Assembly (NCBI GenBank): GCA_021781475.1
Contig: JAJXWT010000001.1
Span: forward strand, 17,161-81,160
Direction of reading: 5' to 3'
Length of the DNA stretch: 64,000 nucleotides
DNA from: a bacterium
GTDB taxonomy: Bacteria; Patescibacteriota; Saccharimonadia; Saccharimonadales; Saccharimonadaceae
How positions within the stretch are numbered: the stretch's first letter is position 1; every line of letters starts with the position of its first letter. Shown piece after piece: positions 56,973 to 64,000 of this stretch. Both the position numbers and the translations under genes were made by a program. The notes beneath the pieces are model-generated. The model made no database searches, was not told the DNA's origin, and was given only the letters and a program-made list of their open reading frames with translations.

Positions 56973-57692
56973 ATGAAACGCGGTAGGGCATACGAGCGAG
57001 GGGTAATAGACGTAAAGATTATCGGCATTGTGGTGCTAGGTCTTTTATTTTTAGTGGCGGGCAGCATGTCAATTTGGCTGTATTTTCAATACGCCAACGC
57101 AAAAAGTAATGTTGACAGCAAAGTGACTGCCGCAACTGCCGCAGCAACGCTCAAGCAAAAACAGGCCGATGAAGCCGAGTTTGCGGCGCGCGAAAAGCAG
57201 CCGCTGCGCACATTTGTGGGGCCCGATGATTACGGCCGGCTGACATTTGATTACCCCAAAACATGGAGTGTGTACCAGGGTACCGACGTAAGCAAGGGCG
57301 GAGGCGCGACCTACACGGCCTACCTTAACCCTGTGATTGTTGACCCAGTGCCGGCCAACGCAACAAGTGACCTTGTTGCGAACACTAAACCCACGCCTAC
57401 CCAGGGCTATGTGCCAAAGTTTGCCGTACGCCTAAAGATTGAACAAAAATTGTATGAGGATACCCTAAAGCAATACGATCCACTGCTAAAAACAAACCAG
57501 CTGACATCTTCGGCCTTTACCAACTCGCACGGCATTGTGGGCACAAAATTTGTCGGGCGGTTTAACAACGACATTAGCGGCGAGGCGCTGGTTATTAAAA
57601 TGCGCGACCGCACGCTTACAATCCGTACCGATGCCACTGTATTTATGCCTGATTTTGACGCCTTAGTGCAAACAATCAACTTTAACCAATAA
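56973..57692 (+). CDS. Membrane-anchored hypothetical protein, possible PsbP-like C-terminal domain
   Basis: Single N-terminal TM, short coiled coil, LTFDYPKTWS motif. Confidence 0.6.
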   Translation: MKRGRAYERGVIDVKIIGIVVLGLLFLVAGSMSIWLYFQYANAKSNVDSKVTAATAAATLKQKQADEAEFAAREKQPLRTFVGPDDYGRLTFDYPKTWSVYQGTDVSKGGGATYTAYLNPVIVDPVPANATSDLVANTKPTPTQGYVPKFAVRLKIEQKLYEDTLKQYDPLLKTNQLTSSAFTNSHGIVGTKFVGRFNNDISGEALVIKMRDRTLTIRTDATVFMPDFDALVQTINFNQ

Positions 57693-57733
57693 AATAGCAC
57701 GGCGGCTAAAAGCCTGCTACACTAGTAACAAGC

Positions 57734-58468
57734 ATGCAGGGTAGTTACAGCGAAAAGCGTGCGGTGGGCAATGATATACCCGGTAGCCAAATACCGGCTC
57801 TCGTTGCTGCTGCACACGAGCTAAAAAGCCCCCTCGCACTTGTGCGCCAACTGTCTTTAGCCCTGCAAACGGGCGACTACTCACCTAAAGAAATCGATGC
57901 GCTGGCCGAGCGAATAACGCTGACGAGCGAGCGGGCGCTCCGGCTCACGAACGACTTAACCCGTGCGGCTCGCCTTGAGGATAGCTTTTTTAGCCTTGAG
58001 CCCTTAAACCCGCACACTATGCTCGAAGAAGTTGCCGATGAATTGGCCCCATTGTACCGCGCGAAAGGGCGCCGGATTGTTGTATCGCCACGGCGGTATG
58101 GGCTATTAGCAGTTGCAAACCACGATTTATTGCGCCGGGTGCTTATGAATTTTGCGGATAACGCCTTACACTATAGCGGCTCCCAGCAGCCAGTCACCCT
58201 TGGCGTGACTGCGCGCCCTAAACAAGGCACAATACGGCTTGGCGTACGAGATTACGGCCCTGCGGTGCCAGCCGACATTTGGAAACGCAGCCTGCAGCCT
58301 GGCACAGAACATGCATGGCATATGCGCCCAGAATCAAGTGGCCTTGGTGTGTCAATTGCCCGGCAGTTTGCCGAATACATGGGCGGCCAGGTTGGTGTGA
58401 CGCGCCACCAGGACGGCGCAACCTTTTATGTTGATATTGCAGCAAGTATGCAAATGAGGTTGCTGTAG
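57734..58468 (+). CDS. Sensor-less histidine kinase (HisKA + HATPase_c)
   Basis: H-box AHELKSPL, N-box NFADNALHY, RDYGP, SGLGVSIA; no TM or sensor domain. Confidence 0.85.
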   Translation: MQGSYSEKRAVGNDIPGSQIPALVAAAHELKSPLALVRQLSLALQTGDYSPKEIDALAERITLTSERALRLTNDLTRAARLEDSFFSLEPLNPHTMLEEVADELAPLYRAKGRRIVVSPRRYGLLAVANHDLLRRVLMNFADNALHYSGSQQPVTLGVTARPKQGTIRLGVRDYGPAVPADIWKRSLQPGTEHAWHMRPESSGLGVSIARQFAEYMGGQVGVTRHQDGATFYVDIAASMQMRLL

Positions 58469-58472
58469 GCTT

Positions 58473-58847
58473 ATGCGCACCAAACGTCGCATTGTCGTGA
58501 TAGATGACGATGAGTGGCTTGTGGATACCTATACGCACACCCTAGCAAAGGCGGGGTACGAGGTGGCGCGGGCGGCAAATGCCCTTGAGGCCGTGCAAGT
58601 AATCGACACGTTTCAGCCGGATGTAATTATTTTAGACATATTTATGCCTGGGCCCAACGGGGTTGCGCTGTTGCATGAGCTGCAGTCGTACCCAGATTTG
58701 GCCCGCATACCGGTGATTGTCGTGACAAATGCCGCGCGGGATATCCGCCATGGAGCATTGACGCCCTATGGCGTTCAGGCGGTACTTGATAAAACGGCAA
58801 TGACCCCCGAGGATATTTTATTGGCAGTTAAACGGGTAATGCTATGA
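58473..58847 (+). CDS. Stand-alone response regulator receiver domain
   Basis: VVIDDD, IILDIFMP, IVVTN, VLDK. Confidence 0.9.
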   Translation: MRTKRRIVVIDDDEWLVDTYTHTLAKAGYEVARAANALEAVQVIDTFQPDVIILDIFMPGPNGVALLHELQSYPDLARIPVIVVTNAARDIRHGALTPYGVQAVLDKTAMTPEDILLAVKRVML

Positions 58848-59518
58848 GCACGGAACGAACAATGGCGATTGTGTTGCGCCGAACCAACTATGGCGAGGCC
58901 GACAGGATATTAAAAATTATTACGCCGCTGGGCCAGCGGAGCGTGATGGCAAAAGGTGTGCGGCGCGAAAAAAGTAAGCTGGCCGGTGGGATCGAGCTGT
59001 TTGGCATTAGCGACATTGTAATTCAAGCGGGCAAGGGGAACATCGGCGTACTCACAAGTGCGCGCCTGATTGATTTTTATCGCCATATTTTAGAAGATTA
59101 CGATCGCCTGCAGTTTGGTTACGAAGCCATTAATTTGATTAGCCGGGCCAGTGAAATGATAGACGAACCGGAATGGTTTGACGTATTGAGTGAGGTGTAT
59201 AAAGGCCTTGATTCGCTGGCGATGCCGTTGCAACTTGTGCAGGCATGGTTTTACCTGCAATATGCGGCGCTGACGGGCTACGAAATTAATTTAAGCCGCG
59301 ACGTGAACGGCAATATGCTCGATGCCGCAAAGACCTATATGTATGACCCGGCCGAGCGCGGCCTGCGCCTAAGCGAGCAGGGCGATATTACGGCTGACCA
59401 TATTAAATTTATGCGCGTTATAAGCGCTAAACCATTGCGCGTCGTGGCGCAAATTGGCGGTGTTGAGCCTATTTTGCCAGACGTGTGGCTGATTGCCCGG
59501 CAGCAAGCGGCGGTATAG
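58844..59518 (+). CDS. recO: DNA repair protein RecO
   Basis: AIVLRRTNYGEADRIL, AKGVRREKSKLAG. Confidence 0.93.
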   Translation: MSTERTMAIVLRRTNYGEADRILKIITPLGQRSVMAKGVRREKSKLAGGIELFGISDIVIQAGKGNIGVLTSARLIDFYRHILEDYDRLQFGYEAINLISRASEMIDEPEWFDVLSEVYKGLDSLAMPLQLVQAWFYLQYAALTGYEINLSRDVNGNMLDAAKTYMYDPAERGLRLSEQGDITADHIKFMRVISAKPLRVVAQIGGVEPILPDVWLIARQQAAV

Positions 59519-59519
59519 C

Positions 59520-60464
59520 CTATGCTGCGCTTGCCAAACTCAATTGCCCCAGGTGTTGAATCAGCGCTGGAAGCTCGGCGGGTGTTATTTCGGCCTTATT
59601 GGCGTCATCGACTTCGGCTGTGTATTGCTTAAGAAACAGGGCAATATCTTTTTGTATTCCGTCGACAACAGGATTATAACCAGTGGTGCCTATGTGGGTT
59701 GCCGCGCTGGTTAGCTCCTCGATTGCGGCCTGGATAGCAAGATTGCGATCCTCCTTGCCGAATTCGCCAAGTAACGCCAAATCGTGCAGCGCCTTACCTG
59801 TAAGGACATGGGTCGCCGCGCTGGCTATCGGCAGGTCTTGGCGCGCGTCAAGTAGCGCCTGGGTCTCGCTAAGTGATGCAAGGAGTAGGGCAAATGCCTG
59901 GCCTTTTTTGTTTAGGGAGGTCTCTGCATGCGCGTTCACGAATGCCACGCGTTGCTCGCAAACAGTGGTAATTAGTCCAGCGTCTACTGCTTCAACTGCG
60001 TCGCGCATAGTGTTGCCTTCGGGCATTTGTTCATCAAGTAGGGCAGCTGACATTACAGTAGTATTTCTATAGTCCATATAGTCCGCATTGTAGCCATCTG
60101 CTACCAGCGCGGGCGTCACATGATAGCGCGTTTTTTCATCAAGTGTTGAGTCAAGAAAACTTTGGTTGATTCTGTACACGCCTAGTGCCTCGTCGCGAGT
60201 AGCCTCATCGCAATCGGGCCGACTTGCTATTAGCTGTAGGGTCTCGTTGATTCTGATGCGGCGTTGCACGGCTGCAATTTCAGAAACACGATCATGGAGC
60301 GCAACGGGTGTTATAGGCGGCCGAAGGGCCACGTAAAGGGCGTCATGCGCACTAGGGCCTTGCACCGCCGGAAATATTAGGACCTCAGCAGGTGTATTTG
60401 GGTTGGCTTGAGGGCGGAGCTGATAAACATTTGGTGCGCTCAGCTCGCGTTGTAATCGTGTCAT
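59520..60464 (-). CDS. Orphan, predicted alpha-helical hypothetical protein
   Basis: 314-aa ORF convergent with recO; own promoter TTGCGT-17-TATAAC on the - strand (60537-60509). Confidence 0.65.
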   Translation of the reverse strand: MTRLQRELSAPNVYQLRPQANPNTPAEVLIFPAVQGPSAHDALYVALRPPITPVALHDRVSEIAAVQRRIRINETLQLIASRPDCDEATRDEALGVYRINQSFLDSTLDEKTRYHVTPALVADGYNADYMDYRNTTVMSAALLDEQMPEGNTMRDAVEAVDAGLITTVCEQRVAFVNAHAETSLNKKGQAFALLLASLSETQALLDARQDLPIASAATHVLTGKALHDLALLGEFGKEDRNLAIQAAIEELTSAATHIGTTGYNPVVDGIQKDIALFLKQYTAEVDDANKAEITPAELPALIQHLGQLSLASAA

Positions 60465-60688
60465 GTATAAACCCCTAGATTTTTGTCTTATAACTAAAAC
60501 CTACCTTCGTTATAGCCCCTAGGGGTGAAAAACGCAAGCGCTTTTAGTGAAAATTATTACAAAAATTGCTAAAAATGTGCAAATAGTTTAAAGTATGAAA
60601 AATATCGACACCCCACAGGTGTGCTATAGTAAAAACAACTATTTTTATGCCGCCATGTTGCCAACATGGAGAAAGGGAATGAACACCT

Positions 60689-62065
60689 ATGGAAAACGTC
60701 AAATTAGAAGATATTGTGAGCCTGGCGAAGCGCCGCGGCTTTATTTACCAGGGGAGTGAAGTGTACGGTGGCCTGGCCGGTACGTGGGACTACGGCCCCT
60801 TGGGCGTTGCGTTAAAGCGCAATATTATGAACTTGTGGTGGAAAATGTTCGTGGATGCCCGTGATGATATGTACGGGGTAGATGCCGCTATTTTAATGAA
60901 CCAAAAGGTGTGGCAGGCCAGCGGCCACGTGGATACCTTTAGCGATCCGTTAGTGGAATGCAAAGAGTGCAAAAGCCGCTTTAGGGCCGATAAAATTGAT
61001 TTGAATGCCCCATGCGAAGTCTGTAAAAAAGGCCCGAACTTTAGCGAGGCCCGCCAGTTTAACATGATGTTCAAAACCTTTGTGGGGCCGAGTGGCAACG
61101 AAGAGCTGCTGATTGGCGAACGCACGGAAGGGCCAGATGACGGCCGCGTGCAAGAAGGCATGAAAGCCATTACCTACGACCCGAACAGTGTGAGTTATTT
61201 GCGACCGGAAACTGCCCAGGGTATCTTTACGAACTTTAAGAACGTGGTAGATAGCTTTTACCCAGATTTGCCATTTGGTTTGGCGCAGCAGGGCAAAGCG
61301 TTTCGTAACGAAATCGCCCCACGTGATTTTATTTTCCGCAGCCGCGAGTTCGAACAGATGGAGATTGAATATTTTGTGAACCCGAACAACTGGGAAGAAG
61401 CTTTTGAAATGTGGGTCCGCCTGGCACATGAATGGTGCGACGCGTTAGGATTGCCGACAGAGAAGGTTCATGAGCTGGAAGTACCCGCCGAAGACCGTGC
61501 CCATTACAGCAAGCGCACCATTGATTTTGAATTTGATTACCCAATTGGCCGCGAAGAAATGTTTGGTTTGGCCTACCGGACCGATTTTGACCTTGGCAAC
61601 ATTCAGCGTGCCAGTGGTAAAAGTATGGAATACACCGTAAAGGGTACTAACGAGCGCTTTGTGCCGCATGTGATTGAGCCAAGCTTTGGTGTTGAGCGTG
61701 CTTTAATGGCGGTGCTGACGAGCGCCTACCGCGTAGACGAGCAAAATGGCGAGCAGCGTGTGTATTTGGCTTTGCCAGAACACCTGGCGCCGGTCCGCTA
61801 CTGCGTAAGCCCGCTGTTAAAAAACAAGCCAGAGCTTGTAGCAAAGGCGCGCGAGGTTTACGTGGCGCTTAAAAAGCAGTATGGCAACGTGATGTGGGAC
61901 GACAATGGCAATATTGGTAAACGGTACCGCCGCCAAGATGAAATTGGCACCCCAGCATGTATTGTGATTGACTTTGAGACGCTGGAAAACGACACCGTGA
62001 CCATTCGCGACCGTGACACAACCGAGCAAAAACGGGTGGCAACTAATGATATTACTAGGCAGTAG
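60689..62065 (+). CDS. glyS: Glycine--tRNA ligase, alpha2 (eukaryote/archaea-like) type
   Basis: AKRRGFIY, WDYGPLG, YLRPETAQGIF, FRNEIAPR.FIFRSREFEQME, GKRYRRQDEIGTP. Confidence 0.95.
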   Translation: MENVKLEDIVSLAKRRGFIYQGSEVYGGLAGTWDYGPLGVALKRNIMNLWWKMFVDARDDMYGVDAAILMNQKVWQASGHVDTFSDPLVECKECKSRFRADKIDLNAPCEVCKKGPNFSEARQFNMMFKTFVGPSGNEELLIGERTEGPDDGRVQEGMKAITYDPNSVSYLRPETAQGIFTNFKNVVDSFYPDLPFGLAQQGKAFRNEIAPRDFIFRSREFEQMEIEYFVNPNNWEEAFEMWVRLAHEWCDALGLPTEKVHELEVPAEDRAHYSKRTIDFEFDYPIGREEMFGLAYRTDFDLGNIQRASGKSMEYTVKGTNERFVPHVIEPSFGVERALMAVLTSAYRVDEQNGEQRVYLALPEHLAPVRYCVSPLLKNKPELVAKAREVYVALKKQYGNVMWDDNGNIGKRYRRQDEIGTPACIVIDFETLENDTVTIRDRDTTEQKRVATNDITRQ

Positions 62066-62084
62066 TAAGGCGAGATAATTTATA

Positions 62085-62162
62085 ATGAAAACAATCGGAA
62101 TCGTTGGTTTTGGAAGTTTCGGCAAGTTCCTTGCCGAAGCCACGCATATGATGACTCCCTAG
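62085..62162 (+). pseudogene. N-terminal remnant of a Rossmann-fold dehydrogenase (prephenate dehydrogenase-like)
   Basis: 25-codon ORF MKTIGIVGFGSFGKFLAEATHMMTP*, with a GxGxxG dinucleotide-binding motif and nothing further. Confidence 0.65.
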
Positions 62163-62172
62163 AGGCGCACGA

Positions 62173-62820
62173 ATGAAAAAAGCCGAAAATGTTCACAAAA
62201 CAGACCTACCCGAAGTGCGCTGGAAAAACCCGAACTTGCTTTTAGGCGCGATCCGGCGTGATATTGAGCCGGCATATAAGGGTGAGGAGTATAAATTAGA
62301 CGAGCAATTTGCGCTTGATACGATGCAGCGCTATTACGATACGTGGGCGCCATACGAACAAAAAGTATTGGCGGCGATGTGCGAGCTCACGGGCCTGCGG
62401 TTCCGCCAGAACATTATTGATGTGTATGTTGCGCCATTTTACAATTCGTTTTCTGACCCGCTATTTTTGGCGACAAAGTACGAATCCGACAGGGTAGTTG
62501 AGGTACTTGCGCACGAGCTAATGCACCGCTTGCTAACAGATAACACCGATAATCATTACCTAGCTAGTTTCAGTGATGAATGGCGCAAAATGTTTGGCGA
62601 TGAACATACGTGGAATACGCTAGTTCATATTCCTGTGCATGCGCTTATGCAAGGTGTATTTGAAGAATACGTGAAAGAGCCAGGGCGGATTGTGCGCGAT
62701 AAACATGAATATGAAAACTACCCCGATTACAAAGCGGCCTGGGACTATGTTGAACAGGTGGGCTATAAAACAATTATCGCCAAATTACGCGGCGCCCATT
62801 ATCCACCGCCCAAAGAATAA
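62173..62820 (+). CDS. Hypothetical protein with HExxH (putative zincin-like)
   Basis: VLAHELMHRLL; upstream IDVYV...SFSDPL. Confidence 0.65.
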   Translation: MKKAENVHKTDLPEVRWKNPNLLLGAIRRDIEPAYKGEEYKLDEQFALDTMQRYYDTWAPYEQKVLAAMCELTGLRFRQNIIDVYVAPFYNSFSDPLFLATKYESDRVVEVLAHELMHRLLTDNTDNHYLASFSDEWRKMFGDEHTWNTLVHIPVHALMQGVFEEYVKEPGRIVRDKHEYENYPDYKAAWDYVEQVGYKTIIAKLRGAHYPPPKE

Positions 62821-62836
62821 AATAGCCTGTGTATTT

Positions 62837-62863
62837 AAGGACGCCGTAGTAGGCGTCTTTTTT
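62837..62863 (+). terminator. Intrinsic terminator
   Basis: AAGGACGCC-GTAGTA-GGCGTC-TTTTTT. Confidence 0.8.
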
Positions 62864-62894
62864 ATGCAATAACAGTAGTCTAGTGTTTGCTAAA

Positions 62895-62955
62895 TTATCC
62901 ACAAAATTTTTCCACATTGCATAAGCACTATATGTGGGCACGCTACATGTAGCGT
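62895..62955. promoter_or_regulatory. Tandem DnaA-box-like pair and 16-bp palindrome upstream of rnhA
   Basis: TTATCCACA (62895-62903), TTTTCCACA (62908-62916), ACGCTACATGTAGCGT (62940-62955). Confidence 0.45.
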
Positions 62956-62994
62956 AGTCGGCAGCAAAACAGAGAGGTGATATACTGTAGGGCA

Positions 62995-63411
62995 ATGAGA
63001 ATGTTATATACAGACGGTAGCGCAAGCCCAAACCCGGGCCCTGGTGGCTTTGCGGTCATTGAAGGCGGCAAGCCTGTTGCGTTGGGTGGCGAAAATGACA
63101 GCACTAATATCCGCATGGAGGGCAGGGCATTGTTGGCTGCACTCGATTACCTAAAAGGCGATGAAGCTGAGATTTACACTGATAGCGAATTTTGGATTAA
63201 TGTGCTGACCAAGTGGGCCCCAGGCTGGGAAGCCCGCGGTTGGACCAAAAAAGGCGGCGAAATTAAAAACCTGGAACTAGTAAAAGAGGTGTACGCAGCC
63301 TACCAAATGGGGCAAGCGGAACTCATTTGGGTGCGCGGCCACGTAGGCCACCAAGGCAACGAGCTCGCCGATGAATGGGCGAACAAAGCTCGTTCTGGTG
63401 CGCGCGTTTAA
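62995..63411 (+). CDS. rnhA: Ribonuclease HI
   Basis: YTDGSASPNPGPGG, TNIRME, IYTDSEF, WVRGHVGHQGNELADEWA; start set to ATG 62995. Confidence 0.95.
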   Translation: MRMLYTDGSASPNPGPGGFAVIEGGKPVALGGENDSTNIRMEGRALLAALDYLKGDEAEIYTDSEFWINVLTKWAPGWEARGWTKKGGEIKNLELVKEVYAAYQMGQAELIWVRGHVGHQGNELADEWANKARSGARV

Positions 63412-63455
63412 TCCACAACAATCGGCGTTATAAAATCGCGCTATACTAGGTACAG

Positions 63456-64000
63456 ATGAACCAGGGGTTAGCGTTAGAGGTATTATTGGCGGGCGAAAGC
63501 GCGTTCGTGACTGGGCCAGCGGGTACAGGTAAAACCTACCTGTTAAACCAGTTTGTTAAGCTTGCAAAAAATGGCGGCAAGCATGTGAGTGTAACGGCGA
63601 CCACGGGGCTTGCCGCCACACACCTTGGCGGCACCACTATCCACGCCTGGAGCGGTATTGGCGTACAGGACAGTTTGCCCGACAGGTTTGCGGATCACTT
63701 AAGCAAAACGCGCCGCGAAATCATTGAAAAGACCGATGTGCTGTTGATTGACGAGATTAGCATGATGCACGATTACCGCCTGGATATGGTGGACGAGGTG
63801 TGCCGCTTGGTCCGCAAGCAGCCAGATGTGCCTTTTGGTGGCATTCAGGTGGTAATGAGCGGGGACTTTTTTCAGCTGCCCCCAGTCAATAGGGGTGACA
63901 GCCGGCAAGGCGGCTTTGTGGTGAACAGCAACGCGTGGCGTGAGCTGCAGCCAGTAATTATTTACCTGACTGAGCAGTTCCGGCAAGATGAAAACGACGA
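63456..64000 (+). CDS. PIF1-family helicase (5' part; runs off the window end)
   Basis: Not in the ORF track. Manual translation: FVTGPAGTGKTYLL, TATTGLAATHLGGTTIHAWSGIG, LLIDEISMM, PFGGIQVVMSGDFFQLPPV. Confidence 0.9.
   Translation, partial: MNQGLALEVLLAGESAFVTGPAGTGKTYLLNQFVKLAKNGGKHVSVTATTGLAATHLGGTTIHAWSGIGVQDSLPDRFADHLSKTRREIIEKTDVLLIDEISMMHDYRLDMVDEVCRLVRKQPDVPFGGIQVVMSGDFFQLPPVNRGDSRQGGFVVNSNAWRELQPVIIYLTEQFRQDEND

Noticed and set aside
60600-60688. Possible T-box upstream of glyS
   Set aside because: The leader is only about 60 nt with one hairpin (CCATGTTG/CAACATGG); no UGGN-ACC bulge, Stem I or specifier. proS, lysS and serS are near-leaderless, so have no room either.
63699-63986. 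95-aa - strand ORF
   Set aside because: Antisense to the PIF1 helicase, which is open on + from 63456 to the window end.
1-64000. CRISPR array, tRNA, rRNA, tmRNA, integrase or transposase
   Set aside because: I saw no regularly spaced direct repeats, cloverleaf with T-loop consensus, rRNA-like stretch or recombinase motifs; intergenic gaps are all under about 270 bp.

Overview
A gene-dense, mostly housekeeping window. The repertoire and protein style point to a Patescibacteria (CPR) genome, most likely Candidatus Saccharibacteria (TM7); this is inferred from the alpha2-type GlyRS, type-2 IleRS, INS-less ProRS, a streamlined rpsB-tsf-frr-uppS-rseP cluster and many short leaders. It encodes replication/repair genes (priA partial, recJ, recF, recO, xseAB, rnhA, PIF1-like helicase partial, parAB), cell division and envelope genes (ftsA, ftsZ, ftsEX, CHAP hydrolase, S41 protease, murD, uppS, LCP, VKOR, HtrA, RseP, LepB, SecA) and translation genes (rpsU, rplU, rpmE, rpmA, rpsB, tsf, frr, prfA, prfB, prmC, hpf, map, ileS, proS, lysS, serS, glyS). 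Small accessory or orphan inserts lie between them: a Fic enzyme, a truncated baeRF-type release-factor homologue, an ABC exporter, a beta-helix membrane protein, orphan ORFs and a dehydrogenase remnant. I found no rRNA, tRNA, CRISPR array, integrase or transposase. The best non-coding signal is an Actinobacteria-style ultrashort-Stem-I Ile T-box riboswitch upstream of ileS (9219-9376). Other recurring patterns are near-leaderless -10-to-ATG spacing at about 20 genes, two overlapping bidirectional -10 elements, repeated loss of zinc-binding cysteines (NrdR, RecO, SecA, L31), and a DnaA-box pair plus a 16-bp palindrome upstream of rnhA.
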